A stretch of 63,249 nt of DNA, counting the filler, from Hyphochytrium catenoides (lineage: Eukaryota > Protista > Hyphochytriomycota): the NCBI GenBank assembly GCA_900088475.1. It is 6 parts of 6 records of this genome, joined end to end, with 100 filler letters (N's around TTAATTAATTAA, not from the genome) between each part and the next. Parts side by side here need not be neighbours in the genome. Positions count along the whole stretch, not along the records: positions 23,063 to 50,913 come from FLMG01001433.1; positions 51,014 to 56,355 come from FLMG01002939.1; 4 more parts are not named here. One strand, given 5' to 3'. The notes under the pieces were generated by a model, which saw only the letters and a program-made list of their open reading frames with translations, searched no databases and was not told the DNA's origin. Shown here piece after piece: positions 37,801-51,380 of the stretch (position 1 is the stretch's first letter; each line of letters starts with the position of its first letter). The translations under genes were made by a program, and so were the position numbers.

Positions 37801-40800
37801 GAAGGGGAGACAACCATCTTCTTCTTCATCCTCTTCTTCTCCATCGCCACCTCCTCCATCCGGTGGGAGAGGAAAGGCAAGGAAGAAGCAAACGCCGCAA
37901 AATAAGGAAAGGAAGCCTCTTTCAGCGGCCCCTGCATCCTCGTCCTCGAAGAAAATATCCATCGAGAGAGAAATCAGCCCAGTGACGAGTCTCCAGGAAA
38001 GACCAACAGGCCAAGATACAGCGGATGTTGAGGCAACGGGAGAGACCGATAGAGGAGAGGCACAGCAGCTTCTTCTTACCAGGGAGGAGCACAATCAAAT
38101 CCCTCTTCCTGAGAAAGAGACGGAACCAAGTCCACATGTTCCAGCTTCCACTTCCATAGCAAAGAACGGCGCTGAGAGGACGAAAACTCCGTTGACTCTG
38201 GGACAATCAGGAGTATTTGGGAGAGCTGAAGACGAGGGGAAGAGAGGTGGAGACAAAGAAGATGAAGAAGGAGCCCTCTCTCTTCGGGAAGAAGAGAAGA
38301 AGGAGTTGCAACATAGCGTGATGCTGGCTGGTGATCGAGGAGAAGAACCCTTGCCACCAACGGAAGCAAACATAGCGAAAGAGGGTGAAGACGTGTTGAT
38401 GGGTAGGGAGAAAGAAAGGCCCAGTCAAGAGGCAGANNNNNNNNNNNNNNNNNNNNNNNNNNNNNNNNNNNNNNNNNNNNNNNNNNAAGGAAAGAACGTT
38501 ACAATTGATGGAGAAGACGAGAGAGAGAAACAGAGTCGTCAAGCAGATTCACAATCCATTCTTCTTCCTCTGTCAGCAACAAAGGAGGAGAAAGACAGTG
38601 AGGATGTACAAGGAAAGAGAAAAGACAGGGCAAAGGAAGAAACGGTCAGTGTCAAAGAGGAAGATGGTGAGGAGGAGGCTCTCCTGGAGATGGAGGAGAA
38701 ACATCACCTCACTGAAAGAGAAGAAGCGCTTGGCGATTCCTTGGACAATCGGAGCGGAAGAGAGAGGACAGAGCCAGAAGAGAACATAAGCAGGGAGACA
38801 AAGGTTGCTGTCCCAGACCCGCCTCTTCTTCTTCCTCCTCTCCACGATGACGAAAGTATGAAGAAAGATTCACTAACAAGTCAGGAAGACGTGAGGCCTG
38901 AAGGTGAGAGAGAAGAGATGGCAAATGCGAGAGAGAAAACTTTGAGTCAGGCCCTCTCTTGGAGAGAAGAGGATGAGGCAGAATATATAGGAAATGAAGA
39001 GGAAGATGAAAGAGGAGGCGCCAGCGCTAGGCAACTGCCCCTAAGTTCGAGAGAGGCAGGGAGAGAGACACTATTGGATAGAGAAGGAGATGATGTAAGA
39101 GCACCAAGAGAGCAAAAGGAAGACGATACAGAGGGTTGGGAGGACGGAGAAGGAGCTACGGCAGAGGAAAGAGAAGCAGAAATACCAGGTTATTCTTCTC
39201 TTGAAGAGGAAATACCGGGAGAGTCCTCCTTTCTCTCCTCTCCTGACGCTGAAGAGCGCCAAGAGGAAGAGAGCCAACACAATGCGCCTACTCTCTCAAA
39301 GGCAGACGAGAGTAGACAGGAGATAAGCTTGGGCTTCGGCACAACAGCGAAGAAAACAGAGGACAAGAACATTGGAGGAGGAGTAGAGACGAAGAGGATA
39401 GAGGAAGAACAGTCTCCGAAGCGCAAGGTTTCAGGTTAGCTACAAGCTTTACTCTTACTCTGTCCGGTCTCTCCACTCCTGCTCTCTTCTCTGCTCTCTC
39501 TCCCTCTCTTTTCTTGGTTCTCAGCTTGTTCCGGCTCTTGTCTGAGTCTCTCGCTCTGCCTTTCTTTGTCACTCTCTCTGCTATCCCTATCTCTCCCTCG
39601 GTATGGCTGTCCATTGAGGACGTGAAGTTCACCGTCGCACTGGTACTCTCACCTTGTCATTATAGGGATTCGGCCTCCTAAGCGCTATCCAGTGATCTAT
39701 CAAACTTCACCTTCCAAAAGGAAAGAGGAACTCCCAGAAAGGGCTGAGATGAAGGCAGAGACAGCGAAAGAGGTGCCAGAGCAAAAGAGGAACAAAAGGA
39801 GAACAAGAGCAGAAGGCAAAGCGACACTAGGAGAAGAGACAGAGCACGAAAACTATGACGGAGGTGTTATTGCCAAAAGGAGCAAGAGAGATGAGAGTGC
39901 CGTGAACGAACAGTCTCTCGTTTCTGAGGAGGAGCTCCAACGAGTCTTGGATGAGAGCCCGGAAGACTTCAGCAGAAGGCTAGAACTGGAGAGACAGCAG
40001 GTAAATGAAGAAACGGAGAGAGAGAGAGACACACACACACAGAGAGNNNNNNNNNNNNNNNNNNNNNNNNNNNNNNNNNNNGAGAGAGAGAGAGAGAGAG
40101 AGAGACTTGGCGGTAGGAAGTGGGGTGGGAGTGGGTGAGAGAGAGGGGAAAACCCAGGAAGAGAGCATGATGGGAAAGAGTGCTCAAGAAGTGTGAGGAT
40201 ACCTTCCTTCTCGTCTCTGTCAATATCTTTTCCCGCGAATCTTCGTAGCTCTCGCATCTATAGAGATTCCGTCCTTGTCTCTCAGTCATCAATTGTATTT
40301 ACTGTCCTGTCACTCTGTTACCAACATTTTCCCTCTCTCCCTCTCCCCCCATATATCTGTCCTCTGCTCTTTCACTGTTCTTTCTCCTGTCCTGGCTGTA
40401 GCGGGAGAAGAAGTATCTCCGATCAAAGGCAGAGACATTGAGAGCGGTGGAGCAACATCTGAGCGGGGACATTGAGCAAAGGCAGCACGGCGTAAGAAAT
40501 GTTTGTGCTTGTTTGTCTTCATCTAGCGCCACCGGCATCCCGTCTATCTCTTCTCTTTCTCTCTCTCTCCATCGAAAGTATCATTTCTCGTTTCGTTCTT
40601 AGTCAATCTCTCTCTATATATATCACGCTCCACGCATATGAAGTCTTTTCATTTTATGGGACAATGTCTTGGCTCGATGCTACTGCCAGTGTCAAGTATG
40701 GAGCCCACTGCTGCCTGCGTCTCTCTTTCGCTTCTTCCCTCTTTCTCTCTCTCTCTCTCTCCTTCCTTGGTCTCGTTCCGGCGCTCGTGTCCACTAATTA

Positions 40801-40966
40801 ATACCTTCAATTTGCGTAGGGACAACAGGCAAAGGAGAAGCGGAAAGTGGAGATTAGAAAGAAGATAGATCAACGGCTTGTAGCGATAGAAATAGCAAAG
40901 CTGAAAGCGGTAGGCCCTCTCGTCTATTTTCCTCTTCTTTCCCGTCTTGTTCTCAGCTCCTCCTGC

Positions 40967-41004
<38 letters not shown>

Positions 41005-43981
41005 GCCTGGTGTCCTCCTTGTCTCCATCTCTTTGTCCTCATTCGCTCACCTGTTCTCTCCGCTTAAAGGAACACGCCCAACACAAGGAGAAGGCAGAAG
41101 TGAGGGCTAAAGATTATAAGCCCTCCTCTCTCCCGTCTCCTTCTCGTCCAAGGCAGGCAGGGGACACATTCCACATCATCTCGCCGGAGTTGGAGAGAAG
41201 GAAAGAGGAGGTGGCGCGCATGCAGGCAGTATTCAAGAGCCCTACCAGAGTTGCGATAGAGAAACATGAGGATCATTACAGGTGAGAAAGGAAAGACAGA
41301 CGCCGAGAGTGCTGACGAGCCCACGTTAAGAGGAGAGGGAGAGAGAGAGAGAGAGGGAGAGAGAGAGATTGTAAGGGTACATTCTCTTCCCATCCCTTCC
41401 CCAAGTACGTCCTAGCTCCATATATATTGTGAAAAGGTGCTTGCCTTGCTAATTTTCTTTCTTTCTCTCTCTCGCTCACTGCGTGAAATGTCTCTCTGCT
41501 CTCTATAGATCACTGAGAGCTCACCAGGAAGTCCTAAGACAAAGGAGACAAGAGGACGTAGAAATGAACTGGAAGAACTACAGTCCTCCAAGAGAATCGA
41601 AGTAAGAACATCAGAGAGGCAAAGAGAGATAACAGAGAGAGAGAAGATAGCGACACAGAGAGACACTAGAGGAAGAGAGACGGAGGGAGAGGGAGGGAGA
41701 GGGAGTGACTTAGCAAACGTACATTAAGTAAGGAATGTAAGGGAGAGAGCACCTGTCAAGTCAGCCTCACCAAGATCAGTTGAGATCCCATTTGGAATCG
41801 AACCTGGGGAAGTCGGGCGGGCGAAGAGAGACAAAGGAGAGGCAGGGATAGAGAGAAAAGCTTACTCGGCAGGATGCTTTTGGGCACATTGCGAGCTGTC
41901 TTTTTCTTGGCTCGTCGCAATCGTGAACGGCATTCTCTTTCTCTCTTTTCCTGATCTTCATCTCACTTTCCTTGATTTAGGAACGTATGGACGAGGCTCA
42001 GGGAGAGAGACGAGCTGAAGCAGCGAACTGAAGAAGACTTGAAGAAGCTTGAAAGGTAAGCCCTGCTAATCCCTAATTTCCTATCTCTCTTCCTTTCTAT
42101 CGGTATCATGCGAGCTCTCTTTTGCTCCTCCTATCTCAGTCGTGACATTGGTGCTCATTTTTGCTATCCCGTCCCTGAGACCATTGCAGGCGTCAGCTGA
42201 TGGCTCTCCGTCTTCGTCTATCTTTCTCCGTCACTCTCTATCGTGCTATTTGTCTTTAATCCATTTCTCTCTTCATTTTGCTTTATTTTGCCTCTCTTGT
42301 CTTTTATATTCTCTCTCTCTCTTTCTCAGAGTGGAGAGGCTTTTGGCTGCCGAACACTATGCCCAGATAGTCAGAGAGATGTACGCTCCGCCAGTAAGTA
42401 TCCTCTCTCCCCCGCCTGTGACAACCCTCTTCTGTATATACTGCTCTGTTCTGCGGAAAGACGCAGAGAGGCTCTCCTACCATAGAAAGATGTTCTTCCT
42501 GTCTCCTGTCAGAGACCTTTCAGTCTTTTCCTCCCGCATCCCTCTGTCTTGCGATCCACGCAAAGCCACGCTTCTCTACCTATCCATCGTGAACCCTTTC
42601 TCTCTCTCCTACTCTCTGAGTTTCTCTCTCCTCCTTTCTGAGCTTCTCTCTCCTCCTTCTCGGACCCTCTCTCTTTAGCTCTCTTAAACGTGTGTCCGTC
42701 TCTATCGCCGTCAGTTAATCGTTCCTTTCTTCGATATATTCACTTTTTTGAGCTACTCTTTCTTCTCCCTTCTCAATAGACCTCTCTGTTGCCTACCTGA
42801 TCGTTCTCTCTCCTTTCAGAATGCTTCGTCTCCCCCGAAAGCACAGCTTCCCAGTAAACTGCCCGTACCACTTCGGAGTCCGAAGAGAGTTGAGAATTAT
42901 GAGGCGAGAAACAACGCTTCTCGCTATCATTCGTCTGTTCTCCTTTCTCTTTCTTCTCTAGAGCTCCTTCCTCTATCAATAGGCCAAACACCTTAATGAC
43001 CACTTCCCTTACCGGGAGAAAACTCTCTGGCAATGGCTTCTTATATTCCTCACCTACTGACCTCTCCTGCCTCCTTTTTCATCTGTTCCCTTTCCCATTT
43101 CCTTTGTCGCTGAACAGCAGACCACTATGTTACCGGTTCAATGTAGGTGCCTAAACGTTGGCGCTGTTCTCTTCTTCATCGCCTATGTCCTTCGGTCACT
43201 CTGCTGACATACAACATCTCCTTTATCATCAGTCTTAAGGGTTTCCTTGCGCTCTTCACTGTTACCGGCATCAGTCCCTCGATTGACTCTTCTCTATGGC
43301 GATGTAACAGTCATCCGCCCCTCCCTCTCGCCGTTGTCTTTTTGTGCACTCTGTTATATGTCATCAACCGTGTGACTTCCTCCATCCACTGGTCCAGCTT
43401 CAAGAGAGGAGAGAGATAGGGAGTTGAGGAAGCATCAGGTGAGAAAAAGAATAGCAGAGGAAGAACTCAAGTATGGCGAAGAAAGGAGCGGCGGGAAGGC
43501 GCTCACAGAGGAAAGGAAGAGACAACTGGTCTCTGAGTATGATTTTCCTACGACCGTGGTGGCGGCTGTCAAGGATGAAGGTGTTATTACTAAGCTCTAT
43601 ATAGGTGAGGACCGCGCCCTCTCTCTCTCTCTCCTCCATCTATCTCACCCTCACACAATTTCACCATCTTCTCTCTCCCCGTCCTTCTTCCTCCTCTGTT
43701 CTTCTCTCTTGCTGCCCGCGTTTGCTTTTCGTTCACCCTCGGCTGTTAACTGTTAGCTGTTTGACCTTCAGCTCTGTGATTGTCACTTGGTATGGATCGG
43801 GACAACGATACTGGCTTGTGTCCAAGCACAGAAGTTTTCTCTCTCTCTCTCATTTGACCATCAAGAAGCATCCTTTTATGTTTGGTGGTCTTACATTGTA
43901 CTCTCTGCTCTCCATCTTCTGCCAGAGGCGACAAGCCAGCGAATCGCTAGGTTAGAGAAGGAAGCGAGGAAGAAAGGTTGA
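34871..43981 (+). CDS. Large Glu/Ser-rich low-complexity protein with a coiled-coil C-terminus; function unknown (about 14 exons)
   Basis: Long ORFs (34871-36080, 36993-39436, ~39667-40000) plus small exons splice in frame with consistent phases (...EIAKLKA|EHAQHK..., ERLLAAEHYAQIVREMYAPP, ...EATSQRIARLEKEARKKG*). N gaps are present. Confidence 0.65.
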
Positions 43982-44681
43982 TGGGCTGTCTCCCTTGCGT
44001 CACACCTCCTCCACTCCAAGAACAGCCATGTCTTTAGGCGCACGAACATGCCGCTGCTCGGATATAGAGCTACTCTGAAGATCGGAGTGCCAGGGAAGGA
44101 ACAGATAAAGGATTGCTCTCTTTTTTGGGGGATCAGGGGGGATGCCCTACGTCCTCTGCTTTCTCTCCTCCCAAGGGCTGGTAAGACGCCCTACCCTGCT
44201 CGTTCATGAGGGGCTACAAGCGTCACCCTCTGTACTCTGCCCACTCTGTGCTCTGCTTCCAGACACCGAGGCTGAAAGTGCTGCTTTCAGTCCAGTCTTA
44301 GGTGTGTTTCTTTCTCTCTCTCATGCGACGCGTATACGCTCTTCGTTGCTTACGATGTAGGCCTTCCTCAACAGTTGCATGTTCTCCCCAATTAGACTAG
44401 GGAGACAGAAACAGAGAGAGGCGAGACAGAGAGAGGAGAGAGACACGCGGAGAGAAACAGAAAGAGAGGGAGCAAAAGACGGGGAGAGAGAGAGAAAGAG
44501 AGACGACACGTCCACTTCTTCAATGTAGATAGCGAGTCAGCAGTTCCCAACTTTCGCTGTACGAGATCGTCTTGTGTTTCTTTTGTAAAGCCTCAAAGAT
44601 ATTTATAGTGAAAAAGCAACGCTCTATGACAATCTGCGCCGTTAGAGATTGCTTAGTCTCTTCTTCTTTTGTTTGGGCCTT

Positions 44682-47600
44682 TCATCCTCTCAAAGGTAGA
44701 AGGTCTTCTTCTACAGAGACGGAAGACAGGCGAGTTCTCGAGAGCCTTCGCAACTCTGTCTCTCTATCTAACAGAGAAGTGATCGAGCCACTCTCTTTCA
44801 CCCTGCCTTTCTCTATGACTATGGCTCGGTCATAGGACACAATGCTCTCTAACCGATGGGAAATAGAGAGAACTGTGTACTGTTCCAAAGTTTCTCTGAC
44901 ACTTCTATACAGAGCTCGGCAAGTCTGATCGTCCACATGGGCAACGGCTTCATCCCTAGTCGAGAAAGAGAGATGAAAAGAGTGAGCGAAAGACCTTCTT
45001 CGACAACAACCGGCGAGAAATGACCACATTTGCTTTCGAGAGCTACGGCGGCCAGCGACAACGAAACGTCATTAGAGAAGCAGAAGAGAGGGAGAGAGAG
45101 GGGGAGAAGTAGTTCACAGCGCAGGAGTCCTTACAGGAAAATAAGTTTAGGCCTTTTGAGCAGTGCGCGGGCTAGTGCAATGAATTGCTGCTGTCCCTGG
45201 CTGAGATTTCGCCCTCTTGCTTGAATGGAAGAGTCCAGCCCCAAAGGGAATGTTATTGACAAATCGGGTATCGCGAGGAGGGAGACAATCCGTAAAACTT
45301 CTTCCCTAGAATGCCTAAGGCCAGGGTCCAGATTACGCAGGAGAGAGCCCTCGAAAAGGACTGGGTCTGGGAGTAGGAGACAGAAGGATCAGAAGAGCGC
45401 GAGAGAGCCTGAGTGACCGGGCAATCAATGCAAGACAAGGCTTTTTGGATGCCATGAATGGATAAAGAGAAAGGAGTAACGAACGGAAAGCAACGTACTA
45501 AACACTTCTAGGGCCGCGGCAGGAAGGAGACAGTGAGCGTAAGAAAGGAAGAGGGATGGCTCTTATTAGACTCAGAGGGACGCCTAAGTAATTGACATGC
45601 ATTTCCATCACCTTTACCCAGATCCACTGTAGATGAACAACTTGCTTTGTCTTTCTTTCTAACCCACACTATCACAGCCCTAAACCACCTCCCGTTCCTT
45701 CCTATCCTCCTCCTCCTCCATACTTTCTTCTTCCTCTCTCCAACCTCCAAGGTACCTTGAGGAACCACGGCGATTATGGAGTGAAGCTCTTCCTCTGTGA
45801 AGGCACGGATATTCCGTCCATTAACCTTGATCGTCCCCGACTGACATTAGAAGAATGTTAGCTAGTTATACAGGGTGGAAAGCAGAGCGGACGCAAGCAA
45901 GATGGGCTCGACAGCAACCGGCAAGGAACGGAGGAGGTCACACATGGGCTAGCTCCAAGAAGTGTTATATTGTAAGAGGAACCCGCGAAGAGAAAGACTT
46001 ACTCGAGAAAACGTTGTACTGGAGAGAAAGAGAACTCTCATGTTTCCTTACCTTGGGAGAGAGTACTCTTAGCGCTGCCAGAATTAGAGTTGACTTGCCT
46101 GAGCCTGACCGCCCAAAAATGCCTACCTTCTCTCCTGGCCTTATTGAGAGAGAAAGATTGTCCAACGCTGGGACCGATGAGCCAGGATAGAACAGAGAGA
46201 CGGCCTGAAAAGACAGGGCGGCGATCTTCTTCTCTTCAGCGACCTCTTCTTTCAATGAAGATCGTTGACGCTGAAAGTTCTCTTCTCTCTCTTTACACAG
46301 GAAAAGAGTCTCCGCCACTTTCCTTGCTTCCGTCCTAATGTTGTTTGTCACTGTCTTCTCCTTTCCGTCGCCTCTCCTTTCTTGATGCGCTTTACCGGCT
46401 TCTAAGGCACGAGCGACTGAGTCTAGAGATTGACTGAGAAGAGTGAATGTCCTGGTAACCCACTGCAGTAACCCACTGAACTGGAGAGCGTGGGACAGAA
46501 GGAGTGTGGGACCACTTGCCCCTCTCTCCTCTCCCTCTCTACTTAGAGCAAAGATAGCCACTGAGAAGAGTAGTATGGAGGAGAGGACGTTGAGCCTAAA
46601 AGAGAGCCACCGGTTGCCCTCCCAATGCAGCCGTAGAGAGCGAGAAAGAGCTAGAAGAGCGTTGTTGAACTTGTCATACATGTCTCTCTCCTTTCTAAAA
46701 GCAGCAATCACATCCTGCCCAGCTACCGTCTCTCTAATCAAGGTAGAGCATCTCACCATCGCATCGTTCTCTCTTTGCTTCAGTGATCCTGAGAACTCTC
46801 TATACTCTTTCTCAATGCGGAGAAAGAGAGCTATAAATACAGGAAACGCGCAAAAGACTGGGGAGAAAAGTAGGAGAGAGTAGCCTAGAATCCCACAGAG
46901 AACCAGGGCACCTTGTAAGCCCTGCAATAAATAGTCATCCAGATAGTAATCAATCTGATCAAAATCAGAGGAGAAGAGCGAGGAGAGAGCGCTATTCTCC
47001 TCTGTGTCATAGATGGCCTTCACTGCCCCATCTCCTGACAGAAAGGAAGAGACACAGCTGGTGTGGAGCTCTTCCCCCGCCCGAAGGGACAAAACGGAGA
47101 TCGAGAACGATCTAAAGAAAGAGGCCATGAGCACCGCCAAAACAGAAAGAAGGATGTGCGGGGAGAGAATACCCCTACCAGACGCTGCTCTGTCGTAGAT
47201 GCTCCTGGAGAGAGAGAACACACCCCGGTCAGTGGGCACGCCAAGTTATCAGTCTCGGGCGTTTCTTCTCTCCCTCACAGTGCCCAAGTCCCCTCCCTCT
47301 TTTCTCTCTTTGTAGGGGCTAATTGTATAAAACGCGATGGATAACCTTAGCGCGTGACCGTCATTCTCCATCTCCTTACAGTTTTCCCTCCTCTTCCTGC
47401 CATTCGGATCTTGCGTCGCACTTATGTTTCACTTAACATCTGTCCCTTCATGCGCTGTCTCAGTCCCCAACACCTCTCCTCTAATCACAGCCCTAGGAGA
47501 AGAAGAGACTAGTAAAAAGTTCATACTAAGACTTACCCCTCTACTTGCTGCTTCAGGAAGAGATTCAGGACGAAGAGGCCAACAGAGAGCAGAAGCCAAA

Positions 47601-50600
47601 TTATTCCTTCTTTACCCGCGAGGAGGAAGTAATGAAAGATTGTGGCCACCATTGACCACCTATGTCCCTTCTTTTCCCGTGTATCTCTTCCTTTGGTGGA
47701 AAACTGAGGGTCCACTTCTTGGATGCTAGTTGTTGAGGTGGCCTTGCCTGCAGCCTCATCTACTTCCACAGTGGGCGATGAATCGGAACTGGCTTCCTCC
47801 CGCTCTCGACTGAATAAATGAGGAAAGTTCTGTTGAATGTCTGTGGGTCTTCCTTGGCCAATAATCTTACCCTTATCCATCACAAGTATAATGTCAGCCC
47901 GAGAGAGAAAGAGCGAATGACTGGTCAGGGTGATGACTTTGGTTTTGCCTTTCATTCTCTCTCCTTCAAGCACTTCCGCCATTAGTAGGTCTGCCAGAGG
48001 CTCATCGAGACCTCGGAGAAGGTCATCAAGAAGAAAGAGCTCACATTCTTCGTCTCTATAGAGCGCTCGAGCTACGGACAGACGGGTTTGCTGTCCTCCT
48101 GACAGGTTAGACCCATTGTTCTGCACTGGGCTGTCACCTCCAAGTGAGTAAAAAGAATCCAGGTCTTCTCTTATGCCCACTCTTTCCATCACTCTGTCGA
48201 ATCTCTGCCCGTCATACGAAGAGAAAAAGCAAACATTGTCCTTCACAGTCCCTGACAGTAGCCAGGTACTCTGAGGGACGTAAGAAAGTAAGGAGAGCGG
48301 AGGAAGAGCGCAAGTACCGCCTGTGAGATGAAGGCGGCCCATTATTGCCCTTAAAAGGCTAGACTTTCCTGCTCCAGTGGGGCCAACAATCATGACGGTT
48401 GCACCCCGAGGGACTTTGAGGGTAACCTGGGAGAGAACTTCATCCATCTCTAAGGGTGAGAATGTACCAGTACCAGAAGGAGAAGGAGAAGAGAGTGAGC
48501 ACCTCGCTCCTCGCTGTGGGCGCCACGGACTGAAGCTTGCGTTCTCCATCAGGAGTATGGTGGAAGAGTCTGTCGCGAGGTCAACGAGGACAGAGCAGGA
48601 AAGAGTGTGAGAAGTCGAAGAGAGACCAATGTGAAGCAGTTGACTCATGAGCGCTCAAGAGAAGGAATAGAAAGGAGTCCAAAGCTCCACAGAGCGCAAC
48701 TGCTGCATCATTATATATGGACAACTCTGCTGCAATGCAGGTAAAATGGATACTAAGAAGGGTGGCGATGACTAACCTTTCGCTTGTTTCCCGGGCAAGA
48801 ATCTGCTTCTAAGTTCACCGTCTGCTGAACCGGAGTTTGTTGATGAGGAATTCGACAAAGTGAAGGAGAGACTAACTGCAGGGGAGGACGAGGAGAGAAA
48901 GTGTGTCATTCTCTTGCACGCCTGCACTCCTTCCAGCAACGCGGTCACAGCCTGAGGTAAGACAGTCAAAGGTCCTTTCATGACGTTCAGATAGGCCGTA
49001 ACCGCGAAGACTAGGTCTGAGGAGAGAGACCCTCCACAGAGTGAGAAGCAGGAGAGGGTGAGAGCGGCAATCAGTAGCTGTGCCACGAACTGCGTAGCTA
49101 GATTTATATTACGGAGGAGAAAGATGCGCGTTAGTAACTGCCTCTCCCCGGTTCTGCTGTGCTTTATCTTCTCTTCAAAGAATCCTTCCTACAAGCGGAA
49201 AGAGGAGCGAAGTGGTGAGAAACATCGAAAGGAGAAGAGCGCCAAGTAGGAAAAGGTCCTCTCTTTCCCACGACCTTCAGAGAGAGGAGGGAGAATTGAG
49301 AGGAGAGACGAGAAATGACGCGAAGGGAGAGAGGCGGAGTGGAAAGAAAGAGAGATTGGTCGCAGTGCGGAGCAGAGCTGAAAAGTCCTCGTAGAGACGT
49401 ACCAGTCCTGAGAGCTTGATAGACTTTAGCTGAGCCAGAGCTTCCTCAATAACGTCAATTCGCTGGCGCGTGCTATCGGAGAAGGAGGCTCGTAGATGAA
49501 CGATTCCTCTCACTAGGAAGTATTGGACCTGAAAATGGTGAAGAAGAAGAGTTAACACACCTATCGACCGCAAGCTACGACCCGTTGAAGCTGGCCAAGA
49601 GATAGACCAAGCAAGCGGCGGGCTGAAAGGAGGGAAAGAAATATCTGACAGTTTGTAGGCAAAGCGAAAATGAGTTGCCAGAGTGGTAGCACTAAAATAT
49701 AGAGCGATACCGCGCCAATAGGGCGCGAGTGCAAGGAAGAATGACGAGTGATCTAGGCACCGCCAAGAAATGGAGAGAGGAAGGGGACGAGAGAGAGAGA
49801 GAGAAAGAAAGGGAGAGAGAAAGAGAGTGTGAAAGAGAGAATTTAAGGAGACCTGGAAGAGGATGACCATCCCTATAATCCCGGCCAAAGCAGACCAGCC
49901 AACTGCCGTGATGAGCTTGTATGAGGCCAGAAGAAGGAGCAAAGGACCTGCCCAGATCCAGTGCAAAAGAAGAAAGAGCTGGAAGACTCGCTGGCTCTCC
50001 ACTGTCATTAGCGCCACCACCTGGCCCTCCGACACCGGGGTTGGTGGCGAGAGAAAAGATTGGTCGGGAGACAGAGTCGAGATAGATAGAGAGGAAGAGT
50101 CGAGAGAGAGAATGTGGCGGTAGATAAGCCGAGAAGTATACTCTCGAGCTCTTATCCCAGCAGTGCTCATCATCGCAAAGCCATAGCTAATGATGGTGTT
50201 AGCCAAGAGAGAGACGAGGAGAAGAAGAAGTGCAGTAGAGTAGTCTCTCCAGATGCCCTCAAGGAGCACCAGGAAGGGCGAGAAAATGGAAAGAGGGAGG
50301 AGAGAGGGAAGAGAGAGAGAAGATGAAGCCAAACAAATGGGGTCTAGCATATCTTCTTTCTTCCCATCGCTTTCTCCTTGCTCAAGCACCTTGATAACCT
50401 CTTGCAGCTGCTGGGGAATGAGGAGCTGCAATGCCAAGTGCAGAGCAAAAGCCGCTCCACCTTGGACAATGTCAGGGGAGAGATGAGAGAAGAGAGAGAA
50501 GAAGAGAGGATCATATCCACCAATAAACCTCCAGAACAGGGAGGACAGAGGAGAGCTTTCTCTTTCTTTCTTCCCTCCACTGTCATGTTCCACTTCCGGG

Positions 50601-50913
50601 GCACTCTTTTCCGCTTTTCTTTGCAAAATTCTAGCCTGAAAGACTTTGTTGAAGGCTTGGAAGTCGAGTGCCTCCCATGTGGACAAACGGCATACTCTGT
50701 CCCGCTTGGACTTCAGGAGAGCACCATCGCCTTGCTTATGTTGCTCTTCCCTCTCGCTCAGCTCTTTCTCTTCACTCTTGCTGTCCTCTTCATTGAGCTC
50801 CAAAGCCCTTTGTCTAAAGCCGCTAGCCGAGGCGAGCAGCCACACTTGCTGCAAGGCTGGGCCCAGGCTAAGCCGTAGGAGAGACCCGGCAGCCATCGAT
50901 CTAGCCAATATCC
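44682..50913 (-). CDS. ABC transporter, C family (MRP-like), TMD-NBD-TMD-NBD, multi-exon; start at ATG 50896 or off-scaffold
   Basis: NBD1: GPTGAGKS, YVPQ, LSGGQQTRLSVARALY, LLDD. NBD2: GEKVGIFGRSGSGKS, VVPQ|DPVLFEG, NLSQGQQQFIALARALL, L|DEAVAHVD, ISHRL. TMD motifs LHWIWAGP and NRWLSFRL. Confidence 0.93.
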
Positions 50914-51013
50914 NNNNNNNNNNNNNNNNNNNNNNNNNNNNNNNNNNNNNNNNNNNNTTAATTAATTAANNNNNNNNNNNNNNNNNNNNNNNNNNNNNNN
51001 NNNNNNNNNNNNN
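50914..51013. other. Artificial scaffold-joining linker
   Basis: N44-TTAATTAATTAA-N44. Confidence 0.97.
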
Positions 51014-51017
51014 AGAG

Positions 51018-51060
<43 letters not shown>

Positions 51061-51310
51061 CAAAGACAAAGGGAGCAGAGACAGAAGATAGAGAGAAGGA
51101 AAGTGGAGAATGAAAGACAAAGAGAGAGGGAAGACGGGGAGACAGGGGAGAGACGCAGTGAGACAGAGAGAGAGAGACAAAGAGAGAGACAAAGACAAAG
51201 ACAAAGGGAGCAAAGACAGAAGATAGAGAGAAGAAAAGTGGGCAAGGAAAGACAAAGAGAGAGGGAAGACGGGGAGACAGAGGAGAGACGCAGTGAAACA
51301 CAGAGAGAGA
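51061..51310. repeat. Imperfect tandem duplication, 135-bp period, purine-rich
   Basis: CAAAGGGAGC...GAAGACGGGGAGACAG...GAGAGACGCAGTGA occurs starting at 51067 and at 51202. Confidence 0.8.
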
Positions 51311-51339
51311 GAAAGAGAGAAAGAAGAAAAAGAGAAAAA

Positions 51340-51380
<41 letters not shown>

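Noticed and set aside
48010-48050. Degenerate Walker B (LLDD) in ABC NBD1 as a sign of inactivation
   Set aside because: This asymmetry is normal in ABCC transporters.
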